Below are positions 8,401 through 15,759 of a stretch of DNA of 40,314 nt, piece after piece. The DNA comes from Gemmatimonadales bacterium (lineage in GTDB: Bacteria; Gemmatimonadota; Gemmatimonadetes; Gemmatimonadales; GWC2-71-9). A model generated the notes under the pieces. The model was not told the origin of the DNA, ran no database searches, and worked only from the letters and a program-made list of their open reading frames with translations. Position 1 is the first letter of the stretch, and every line of letters begins with the position of its first letter. The stretch is taken from NCBI GenBank assembly GCA_041599395.1, contig JBFHWR010000001.1, positions 1 to 40,314 on the forward strand. The letters are read 5' to 3'. The position numbers and the translations under genes were made by a program.

Positions 8401-8459
8401 CCATCCCTCCACCACTACCATTTACCACTCACCAACTGACCACTCACCACCTACCACCT
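8401..8459 (-). repeat. Heptamer-periodic degenerate repeat tract (…ACTACC ATTTACC ACTCACC … ACTCACC ACCTACC ACCTG on + strand)
   Basis: Read directly, about 105 nt upstream of the copC ATG. Same ACCTACC/ACTCACC unit family as 2486-2519. Confidence 0.75.
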
Positions 8460-8564
8460 GCTCGAAATAACCTCCCCCAGGACCCCCAACTATATTCTTC
8501 TGGCACCATGTCTAACTCAGGTTGCAGTGGCAGGGATATCGATATCGAGAAGGGGCACCCAACT

Positions 8565-8999
8565 ATGACATTTCGGCCCACAGCGTTAGCCGGCGGCCGC
8601 GGGACGAGAAGGCCCGCCGTTCTCGCGGCTGCGCTCGCGTTCATTGGGATCACCGTGAGCGGGGCAGCTGCATTGCACCTCCGCATGACAGACAGCCTTC
8701 CGAAGCAAGATCAGACGGTGACCGAGTCACCCGACGAAATCCGCGTCTGGTTCAATCAGAAGACGTCACTCGCCGTGAGCCGGCTTGGATTGGACGGACC
8801 GGGCGGCAAGGTCGAAATGGGGAAGGTCGAGCCCACCGACAATCCGCGATCGTTCAAAGCCCGTGTGAGCGACGCGCTCTCGCCTGGCGTATACACGGTC
8901 TCCTGGCGCACGGCCGGGGATGACGGGCATGTGATCCGCGGCAGATACTCTTTCACGATGGCTGAAACGAGTCCTTTGGCCGACTCGGGACGACCCTAA
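8565..8999 (+). CDS. copC: CopC-domain periplasmic copper-binding protein
   Basis: Track ORF 8397..8999. ATG 8565 gives an RR-containing signal (GTRRPAVLAAALAFIGITVSGAAAL|H). The mature part, HLRMTDSLPKQDQTV...EIRVWFN...YTVSWRTAGDDGHVIRGRYSFTM, matches the CopC pattern. Confidence 0.85.
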   Translation: MTFRPTALAGGRGTRRPAVLAAALAFIGITVSGAAALHLRMTDSLPKQDQTVTESPDEIRVWFNQKTSLAVSRLGLDGPGGKVEMGKVEPTDNPRSFKARVSDALSPGVYTVSWRTAGDDGHVIRGRYSFTMAETSPLADSGRP

Positions 9000-9036
9000 C
9001 GTCGTGAGCCCGACTCGCCACCGGCTTGCAGGACAC

Positions 9037-9067
9037 ACGGCAACCAAGGATTCCGGTTGCCGTTTTT
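9037..9067 (+). terminator. Intrinsic terminator/attenuator between copC and copD
   Basis: ACGGCAACC (9037-9045) pairs with GGTTGCCGT (9055-9063), with a 9-nt loop. It runs into TTTTT (9063-9067). Confidence 0.6.
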
Positions 9068-9086
9068 GTTACCAAGGCCCACGCAA

Positions 9087-10010
9087 ATGAGCGCCGAGTT
9101 CGTCGCTTTTGTGTTACAGGCCGTCGGGCGACTCACGCTCTATCTCGCGGTATTCATGTTGGTCGGCGTCGCGGTTTTCTATACTCGCGTCTTTGCCCCG
9201 GTGGCTCGGGCCAACCCCTCTCTGGTGCGTACCAACATCGAGCTGGCATTGAGCCGTGCCGGCTTGATTATCGCCGCCACACTCGCCGGCATCGGGATCG
9301 TACGTCTCTTTGCCCAGACCTATGCCGTCTTTGGCGTCGATGACGACATGTCGTTCGGATCCGTTCGCATCATCGCGCTCGAGACACCGTGGGGGGTCGG
9401 CTGGAGGCTGCAATTCGCCGCTGCGTTTGCGGTCATCGCGGCGTTTGTGTGGGTACGGCTTCAGCCGCGCGTCGGTTGGTATGTAGCGGTCGTTGCAACC
9501 CTGCTGGTCGGGGCGACGATTCCGCTCACGGGACATGCCATGGCCCAGCCGACGGGGCAGCTCGTGGGCGTCGGGCTCCAGGTCGCCCACATCCTGGGGG
9601 CCACCGTCTGGATCGGGACCCTCCTGATCCTTTATACGCTCGGCCTGGGAAGCGCGGGTGTGGGTGAGCGCGGAGCGAAATGGGACTCGGATCTGATCAA
9701 CGCCTTCTCCCCGCTGGCGCTCGGCGCGGTGGGTTTCCTCCTCATGGCCGGTGTCACCAGCGCGTTCGTTTTCCTGGATTCATGGAATCAGCTCTGGCAC
9801 ACGGCGTACGGGCGTACACTCCTCGGAAAGATTGCGTTCTTTGCGGGAACGGGCGCTGTCGGCGCATACAACTGGCGCATTTTGCGGCCGCGGCTCGGCG
9901 AGGCGGGGAGCGTGCGTGCGATTCGCCGCTCCATCGCCGGTGAACTCCTCGTTGCCCTCATCGTGCTTTGTGTCACCGCCGTACTGGTGGCGTTGCCGTT
10001 GGAGCATTGA
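9087..10010 (+). CDS. copD: CopD-family integral membrane protein
   Basis: Track ORF 9057..10010. The 9057 start lies inside the terminator hairpin, so ATG 9087 (MSAEFVAF...) is preferred. Multi-pass hydrophobic protein immediately after copC. Confidence 0.8.
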   Translation: MSAEFVAFVLQAVGRLTLYLAVFMLVGVAVFYTRVFAPVARANPSLVRTNIELALSRAGLIIAATLAGIGIVRLFAQTYAVFGVDDDMSFGSVRIIALETPWGVGWRLQFAAAFAVIAAFVWVRLQPRVGWYVAVVATLLVGATIPLTGHAMAQPTGQLVGVGLQVAHILGATVWIGTLLILYTLGLGSAGVGERGAKWDSDLINAFSPLALGAVGFLLMAGVTSAFVFLDSWNQLWHTAYGRTLLGKIAFFAGTGAVGAYNWRILRPRLGEAGSVRAIRRSIAGELLVALIVLCVTAVLVALPLEH

Positions 10011-10028
10011 AGCGGGATACGGACAGCG

Positions 10029-10052
10029 CCCGGACGCCCGGACGCCCGGCGC
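10029..10052 (+). repeat. Short octamer repeat CCCGGACG CCCGGACG CCCGGCGC just after the copD stop
   Basis: Read directly, 19 nt downstream of the TGA at 10008-10010. Confidence 0.4.
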
Positions 10053-10200
10053 TGGGCACCCCGACGCCGGACGGGGATGAACCTTCCGCCGCAGCCGAGG
10101 TATATTTCACGGCGCGCCTTGTATGTGAGACGACGGCCAAACACTTTCTTTGTACACCGAGCACTTTGCACCGATAACTCAGAACACCGGACATTGTACA

Positions 10201-11019
10201 GTGGCTAACGGATTGAAAACCGCGGCATTACTCGGAATCTTGAGCGCGTTGTTCCTGGTCTTGGGCGAGCTCGCCGGCGGCCAAACAGGACTCATCATTG
10301 CGTTCGGCATCGCCGTGGTCATGAACTTCGGCTCGTACTGGTTCGCCGACAAGATCGTGCTGAAGATGCACAAGGCTCAGGAGGTCGGGCCCGACCACCC
10401 GTTGTACCAAATGACCCAGCGCCTAGCGCAACGGGCAGACCTGCCGATGCCGAAGGTCTATGTCATTCCGACTGATTCACCCAATGCTTTCGCCACCGGT
10501 CGCAATCCGGAGCACGCAGCGGTCGCTGCCACCCAGGGAATCATGCGGGTGTTGAACGAAGACGAGCTTGCGGGCGTGATGGCCCACGAGCTGGCGCACG
10601 TGAAGCACCGTGACATCCTCATCAGTTCGGTTGCCGCAACGATCGGGGCCGCCATCATGATGTTTGCGCGGTTTGCGATGTTTTTCGGAGGCGGCCGCGA
10701 CCGGGGCGGCAACCCCATCGCGATGATAGCCATGATGCTGCTCGCGCCACTGGCCGCGATGATCATCCAAGCGGCGATATCCCGCTCACGCGAGTTCGCG
10801 GCCGATCGCGGCGGCGCCGAGATTGCAGGCTCACCGCGCGGCTTGGCGGGCGCACTTCGCAAGATCGAGGCGGCGGCCAAGCAGCGACCGCTCGAGACCA
10901 ACCCTGCCGTCCAACACATGTACATCGTCAAGCCTTTTTCCGGACGCGGTATGCTGTCGCTCTTCAGCACGCATCCGCCCACCGAACAGCGGGTCGAGAG
11001 ACTGATGGCTATTCGATGA
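10201..11019 (+). CDS. htpX: Zinc metalloprotease HtpX
   Basis: [10 protein letters not shown] (HExxH), four hydrophobic segments, C-terminal [11 protein letters not shown]. Start placed at GTG 10201 ([12 protein letters not shown]...); the track start is 10150. Confidence 0.9.
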   Translation: MANGLKTAALLGILSALFLVLGELAGGQTGLIIAFGIAVVMNFGSYWFADKIVLKMHKAQEVGPDHPLYQMTQRLAQRADLPMPKVYVIPTDSPNAFATGRNPEHAAVAATQGIMRVLNEDELAGVMAHELAHVKHRDILISSVAATIGAAIMMFARFAMFFGGGRDRGGNPIAMIAMMLLAPLAAMIIQAAISRSREFAADRGGAEIAGSPRGLAGALRKIEAAAKQRPLETNPAVQHMYIVKPFSGRGMLSLFSTHPPTEQRVERLMAIR

Positions 11020-11020
11020 T

Positions 11021-11132
11021 AGGTGTTGGGTGGTAGGTGGTAGGTGGTAGGTGGTAAGTGGTAAGTGGTAAGTGGTAGGTGGGAGGTGTTGGATGTTGAA
11101 TGTTGGGTGTTGCATGTCCGGTGTTGGGTGGT
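11021..11132 (+). repeat. 16 in-register heptamers (AGGTGTT GGGTGGT AGGTGGTx3 AAGTGGTx3 AGGTGGG AGGTGTT GGATGTT GAATGTT GGGTGTT GCATGTC CGGTGTT GGGTGGT)
   Basis: Counted base by base. TG at unit positions 4-5 is invariant in all 16 units. The tract begins 1 nt after the htpX stop. Confidence 0.9.
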
Positions 11133-11285
11133 TGGCATCACCTCACCCACTTGAGCTATGTATCTGCAACTTCTCTGTTCGTGTACGAAAACACTCCCAA
11201 TCAACTTCAGCCAGAACGCGCCGCACCGGTCAAAGCGCTCGACAGGCAATGCCTGCCGCTGACCAACTACATAAGGAGTAGTGTC

Positions 11286-14036
11286 ATGCCATGTAGCGTA
11301 TTCTCTTCGCGACCGATGTTCACCAGCCTCCTCTTCGTTGCCGCAACTGTTGCCACGCCGCTCTGCGCGCAAGATGTGACGGGGGGAGCCACGGTGGAAG
11401 GCATCACCGAGTACACGCTCCCCAACGGCCTCCAGGTGTTGCTGTTCCCTGACGCGAGCAAGCCCACCACAACGGTCAACATCACGTACTTTGTCGGCTC
11501 GCGGCATGAGGCGTACGGCGAAACAGGAATGGCGCACCTCCTCGAACACCTCGTGTTCAAGGGCACCCCCAACCACCCCGACATCCCCCAGGAGCTGACC
11601 GAGCGCGGCGCCCGGCCCAACGGGACCACGTGGTTCGATCGCACCAACTACTTCGAAACCTTTCCTGCGACCGACGAAAACCTCGAGTGGGCACTCGACC
11701 TCGAGGCAGACCGCATGATCAACAGCTTCATCTCCGCTGATGACTTGGCGTCAGAGATGACGGTCGTCCGAAACGAGATGGAGGCGGGAGAGAACAGCCC
11801 GTTTGCCATCTTGATGCAACGGACGCTTTCGACCGCGTATCTGTGGCACAACTACGGAAACTCGACCATCGGTGCTCGCTCCGATGTCGAGAACGTACCG
11901 ATCGGTCGCCTCCAAGACTTCTATCGGAAGTATTATCAGCCGGATAACAGCATGCTTGTAGTGGCCGGCAGGTTTGACGAACAACGAGCCTTGGAACTCA
12001 TCGTCGAAAAGTTTGGCGGCATTCCGCGTCCGGACCGAACCGGGGCCAACTACATCTATCAGACGTACACAAGAGAACCTACCCAGGATGGCGAGCGAAG
12101 GGTCTCGCTCCGTCGGGTCGGGGACACGCAGTTCGTCATGGCGTCGCACCATGTTCCGCCGGGTTCGCACGAAGAATTCGCTGCCGTCAGCATCCTGTCA
12201 CATGCACTCGGCAATCAACCATCAGGGAGGCTGCACAAGGGCCTCGTCGAAACAGGCAAGGCCGCAAGGGTCGGTGCTTTCCCGTTTCAGCTTCGGGAAG
12301 CAGGTCCCTTGCTGCTGTTCGCGGAGGTGCGGAAGGACAGCTCGTTGGACGGCGCCTGGAACTCTATGCAAGAGATTTTGGCGGATGTCGTCACGAATCC
12401 GATCACCGACGAGGAACTGGAGCGTGCCCGCCAGGCATTGCTCCGCACCATTGAACTGACATTCAACAATTCCGAGCGCATCGCACTACAGCTGAGCGAG
12501 TGGGCGGCGATGGGCGACTGGCGGTTGTTCTTCATTCATCGTGACCGCATCAAGGACGTTGGACTGGAGCAGGTGCGCCGAGCAGCCGCGCTGTACTTGA
12601 AGCCGCAAAACCGGACACTCGGCTTCTTCATTCCAACCGACGAGCCCGACCGTGCAGAGATTCCCACTGCCCCGGACATCGTCGCGCTGGTCGATGATTA
12701 TGCCGGCGGCGAGGAAGTGGCAATGGGTGAAGTGTTCGACCCATCGCCCGCAAATATCGAGTCCCGCACGTCCAGGATGACGCTTCCGAGCGGGTTCAAG
12801 CTCGCCCTGCTGCCAAAGGACACGCGCGGCGAAACCGTGTTTGCGACGTTCAGGGTGCTGTTCGGGACCGAATCGTCGCTCATGCACAAGGGAGATGCCG
12901 GGAGTCTCGCCGCCGCAATGCTGATGCGCGGTACGAAGCAGCGGACACGGCAGGAGATCACGGACGAGTTTGCGCGGTTGAAGGCGCAGGTCTCCATTGG
13001 CGGCGGGGTTTCCTCGGCAACGGGACGCATCGAGACGACCCGTGAGAACCTCCCGGCGGTGTTGCGTCTTGTTGGGGAGGTCATGCGCGAGCCGGCCTTC
13101 GACTCTGCGGAGTTCGAGCAACTCAAGCAGGAACGTCTGGCGAGCTTAGAAGCGGCTCGCTCACAGCCAAACGCGCTGGGGTCAATCGCGTTCAGCCGTC
13201 ATCTCGCGCCATGGCCCAAGGGTCATCCCCGTTACACTGCAACGATCGGCGAGGACATCGAGGGTCTACAGAACGCCACGCTCGAGGACGCGCAGGCATT
13301 CTACACCGACTTCTACGGGGCGAAGCGGGGGCACATGGCCGTGGTGGGTGACTTCGAACCCGACCTCGTCACCGAGATCGTGAGCGATATCTTTGGCGAC
13401 TGGCAAGCGCCCATGGCTTCGGAGCGGGTCGCTTCCGTGTATCGCGACATCAGCGCCGAGCGTCTTTCCATTGAGACGCCCGACAAAGCGCAGGCGTTCT
13501 TCGTGGCCGGGATGAACCTGAACCTGGGCGACGACCACCCCGACTACCCAGCCCTCGTGCTCGCCAATTACATGCTGGGCGGCGGATTTCTGAACTCTCG
13601 TTTGGCCACGCGCATTCGGCAAAAGGATGGTCTGAGCTACGGCATCGGGTCGCGTTTCACTGCCCACCCTACGGACGGGAACGGGCAGTTCACGACCTTC
13701 GCCATCTACGCGCCGGAGAACGTCGGCCCGCTCGAGGCCGCGTTCAAGGAGGAAATCACCCGTGCACTGGAGGACGGGTTCACTGACGAGGAAGTCGCGG
13801 CGGCGAAGGCAGGATACCTCGATTCCCGGGGTGTGAGCCGGGCACAAGATGCCTCGCTAGCGAGTATGTTGTCGCAGCACCTCTACTTCAATCGCACGAT
13901 GGATTGGGACGCCACCGTCGAAAACAGGATCGCGGATCTCACTCCGTCGATTATCGCGCAGGCGATGCGACGCCACATCGACGTGGACAAGATCACCGTT
14001 GTCGTGGCGGGAGACTTCTCGCAGCCGGTGCCATAA
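11286..14036 (+). CDS. M16-family (pitrilysin/insulinase-like) zinc peptidase, long single-chain form, exported
   Basis: Track ORF 11100..14036. ATG 11286 has AAGGAG upstream. Signal MPCSVFSSRPMFTSLLFVAATVATPLCA|QD. Inverted zincin motif HLLEHLVFKGT. About 916 aa, consistent with two active/inactive M16 domain pairs. Confidence 0.9.
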   Translation: MPCSVFSSRPMFTSLLFVAATVATPLCAQDVTGGATVEGITEYTLPNGLQVLLFPDASKPTTTVNITYFVGSRHEAYGETGMAHLLEHLVFKGTPNHPDIPQELTERGARPNGTTWFDRTNYFETFPATDENLEWALDLEADRMINSFISADDLASEMTVVRNEMEAGENSPFAILMQRTLSTAYLWHNYGNSTIGARSDVENVPIGRLQDFYRKYYQPDNSMLVVAGRFDEQRALELIVEKFGGIPRPDRTGANYIYQTYTREPTQDGERRVSLRRVGDTQFVMASHHVPPGSHEEFAAVSILSHALGNQPSGRLHKGLVETGKAARVGAFPFQLREAGPLLLFAEVRKDSSLDGAWNSMQEILADVVTNPITDEELERARQALLRTIELTFNNSERIALQLSEWAAMGDWRLFFIHRDRIKDVGLEQVRRAAALYLKPQNRTLGFFIPTDEPDRAEIPTAPDIVALVDDYAGGEEVAMGEVFDPSPANIESRTSRMTLPSGFKLALLPKDTRGETVFATFRVLFGTESSLMHKGDAGSLAAAMLMRGTKQRTRQEITDEFARLKAQVSIGGGVSSATGRIETTRENLPAVLRLVGEVMREPAFDSAEFEQLKQERLASLEAARSQPNALGSIAFSRHLAPWPKGHPRYTATIGEDIEGLQNATLEDAQAFYTDFYGAKRGHMAVVGDFEPDLVTEIVSDIFGDWQAPMASERVASVYRDISAERLSIETPDKAQAFFVAGMNLNLGDDHPDYPALVLANYMLGGGFLNSRLATRIRQKDGLSYGIGSRFTAHPTDGNGQFTTFAIYAPENVGPLEAAFKEEITRALEDGFTDEEVAAAKAGYLDSRGVSRAQDASLASMLSQHLYFNRTMDWDATVENRIADLTPSIIAQAMRRHIDVDKITVVVAGDFSQPVP

Positions 14037-14041
14037 CAGCC

Positions 14042-14095
14042 GGTGTTAGGTGGTGGGTGGCAGGTGGTCCGACCTACCACCTTCCACCTAGCACC
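14042..14095. terminator. 24-position imperfect hairpin made of four G-strand heptamers facing four C-strand heptamers, between convergent genes
   Basis: 14042-14065 pairs with 14072-14095 (20 Watson-Crick pairs, 2 G-T, 2 mismatches), loop GGTCCG. It lies 5 nt after the M16 stop and 20 nt after the minus-strand 14116 stop. There is no U-tract. Confidence 0.5.
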
Positions 14096-14115
14096 TGAGG
14101 ATGTGTGGCTGCGGG

Positions 14116-14313
14116 TTACGCCACCGCGCACGTCATGTCCTGACCACAACACATCGGCGACTTGATCTTGCCGTGCCCTTCGGGACATTCGGAGATGTGA
14201 ACGGTCGTCCCGTTATCCAGCTCGAGCGTCCCGTGTTCGAGTTCCGCGCCGCACTTGCCACACGTCATCGTCCCCACGCTCATGCCGCATTTGTCACAGG
14301 TGTAAGCCGCCAT
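14116..14313 (-). CDS. Cys-rich 65-aa protein (zinc-ribbon-like CxxC...CxxC plus C, H, CC, C)
   Basis: ATG 14313 with GAGG about 10 nt upstream (the track start 14349 is TTG). Sequence: MAAYTCDKCGMSVGTMTCGKCGAELEHGTLELDNGTTVHISECPEGHGKIKSPMCCGQDMTCAVA. Confidence 0.6.
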   Translation of the reverse strand: MAAYTCDKCGMSVGTMTCGKCGAELEHGTLELDNGTTVHISECPEGHGKIKSPMCCGQDMTCAVA

Positions 14314-14403
14314 TCTCGTCCGCCTCGCTCGTACGCAGGTGAATACCAAAGTGATTACCGGTTCGTGAGATCCGGCTCAACAAAGATACTTGGCGGCATG
14401 CGT

Positions 14404-14520
14404 GATTCAACATTCAACATCGAACATCCAACATCCAGCATTCCGGAGCTCAACTGCGCACTCACCCACCCTGCCACCTGCCCCCCCCGAACGGCCCGAC
14501 CGCCTGACCGCCTGACCGCC
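14404..14520 (-). repeat. Heptamer/octamer repeat tract (AACATTC AACATCG AACATCC AACATCC AGCATTC ... CTCACCC ACCCTGCC ACCTGCC ... CCGCCTGA CCGCCTGA)
   Basis: Read directly. The AACATCC units are the reverse complement of the GGATGTT units at 11091-11104. The tract ends 2 nt from the stop of the 14523 gene. Confidence 0.8.
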
Positions 14521-14522
14521 CG

Positions 14523-15440
14523 CTACGCTGCCAGTCTCCAATCGGGATCGGACTGCTGGCACGTGAGATAGGCCAGTCTGGAAGACAGCTCGGCCTGGCT
14601 CAGCCCTGCGAGATCGGGGGAGATTTCGCGTAGCAAGCCGGGCAGCCGATTACTGCCGTAGGAGTAACCACGCCGTCGCACGGAGTACGACACCGCCGGT
14701 TCACGGGTTACCGGACGGCGAGGCAGCATCTCCACGAGCCGCTCATCCAGCTTGAAATTGCTGAATCGCTTGGCGCATTCGCGGGCCAGAGCCGTGACCT
14801 CGCTTCCCGTGTCGCCGGACGGAATCGAACAGACTCCGGCGAATTCCGACTCGCCTTCGACAAAGGAGCCGCGCATGAGCCCGGTGCTGGTGGGGATGTA
14901 GAGATCTAGCATGGCTGGACCCCGGCGAACGGTATCAGCCACCGCGTCATTCTCCTCGTCTTGGTTGGGTTCCCGGCCGGGCGATCCGCCCGCAGCACTC
15001 AACAGACGTTCGATCGTTCGCGCCAACCCCTGCCCTGGTTCTTCTCCGCGAGGTGGTTGCGTTGCGCACCGGGGGCTACACACCACACCGGTGGTCGGGG
15101 TATGGTACGGTACCTCGACATCCGGTCCCTCGCACATGCGGATGACGAGACCATGCTCCCCAAAGCAGAACGATTGCACCACCCTTTGTGGCGGCAACAA
15201 GAGTTGGCTTCCGCGGATGACTGCCAGCTTGTGTCCTGCGAGGCGGAGCGTTTGCGCGGTCGCGGCGACCCGAATCCGGCTGCGGTCGGCAACCCATATC
15301 TCGGGCACGTTGTACCTTGATTTCATGCGCACCTGAGCAGGCGTCAGTCCGAAGCACGGGGCAGCGGAGCGCACGTCCACCTCCCCCTGTGGCGGATCCG
15401 AAACGATGAGGAATTGTTCTGGCGGCGCCCGTGTTTCCAA
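14523..15440 (-). CDS. Hypothetical protein (305 aa by track; start uncertain)
   Basis: Only long ORF here that is co-directional with its neighbours. The track start is TTG 15440; an in-frame ATG occurs at 15326. No motif recognised. Confidence 0.55.
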   Translation of the reverse strand: METRAPPEQFLIVSDPPQGEVDVRSAAPCFGLTPAQVRMKSRYNVPEIWVADRSRIRVAATAQTLRLAGHKLAVIRGSQLLLPPQRVVQSFCFGEHGLVIRMCEGPDVEVPYHTPTTGVVCSPRCATQPPRGEEPGQGLARTIERLLSAAGGSPGREPNQDEENDAVADTVRRGPAMLDLYIPTSTGLMRGSFVEGESEFAGVCSIPSGDTGSEVTALARECAKRFSNFKLDERLVEMLPRRPVTREPAVSYSVRRRGYSYGSNRLPGLLREISPDLAGLSQAELSSRLAYLTCQQSDPDWRLAA

Positions 15441-15600
15441 TCCTGTTCCTTGTCGCCAAGCCTGCTCGTGCCAGAAAGGGCGATCGGGGTACGGACGCTG
15501 AGGTGACGTCTACTCGTTTACCGTGATATCGCGCAATGGGTGTGATCCATCTCACACGCTCATTCCGCGTCGCATTACACATAAATTGTGTGAGAGGTGT

Positions 15601-15755
15601 GTGGCTGACTGTGAGGTGGGTTACAGGTGGTTGGCGCGTTCAACGTCCAAGGTCGGGAGCCGGGAAACCGGGAGGCAGCGTGTCAGGAACGGATGTCGGA
15701 TGTTGCTGAACGTTGCACGGTTCGAAGTCGAACGTTGAATATTGAGTGTTGATGT
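15601..15755 (+). repeat. Heptamer-periodic tract (GTGAGGT GGGTTAC AGGTGGT ... GTCGGGA GCCGGGA ... GGATGTC GGATGTT ... GTTGAAT ATTGAGT GTTGATG)
   Basis: Read directly. It ends 4 nt from the stop of the sigma54 activator gene. The G+T-rich strand here is antisense to the flanking genes. Confidence 0.7.
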
Positions 15756-15759
15756 TTTC

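Noticed and set aside
8115-8428. Minus-strand ORFs 8115..8363, 8165..8428 and 8227..8421 in the cyclase-copC spacer
   Set aside because: These are mutually overlapping Gly/Arg/Pro-rich low-complexity translations of a C/G-rich stretch. They have no RBS or motifs.
11021-11132. Could the heptamer tracts be CRISPR arrays or telomere-like/Chi clusters?
   Set aside because: The unit is 7 nt with no spacers and there are no cas genes, so it is not CRISPR. The units differ from known telomeric repeats and the replicon context is ordinary chromosome. GGTGGTGG (14049-14056) resembles a GNTGGTGG Chi-like octamer, but Chi identity for this organism is unknown and cannot be evaluated from one window.
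10458-11576. 372-aa minus-strand ORF (and 10831..11115) containing HLPLTTYHLPPTTYHLPP peptide repeats
   Set aside because: The peptide repeat is simply the heptamer DNA tract read through. The ORF overlaps htpX and the M16 gene start on the opposite strand and has no start context.
15719-15733. GGTTCGAAGTCGAAC resembling a tRNA T-arm (GGTTCGAA)
   Set aside because: No acceptor stem, anticodon arm or D-arm can be built around it. It is a 6-bp palindrome inside the 15601-15755 repeat tract.
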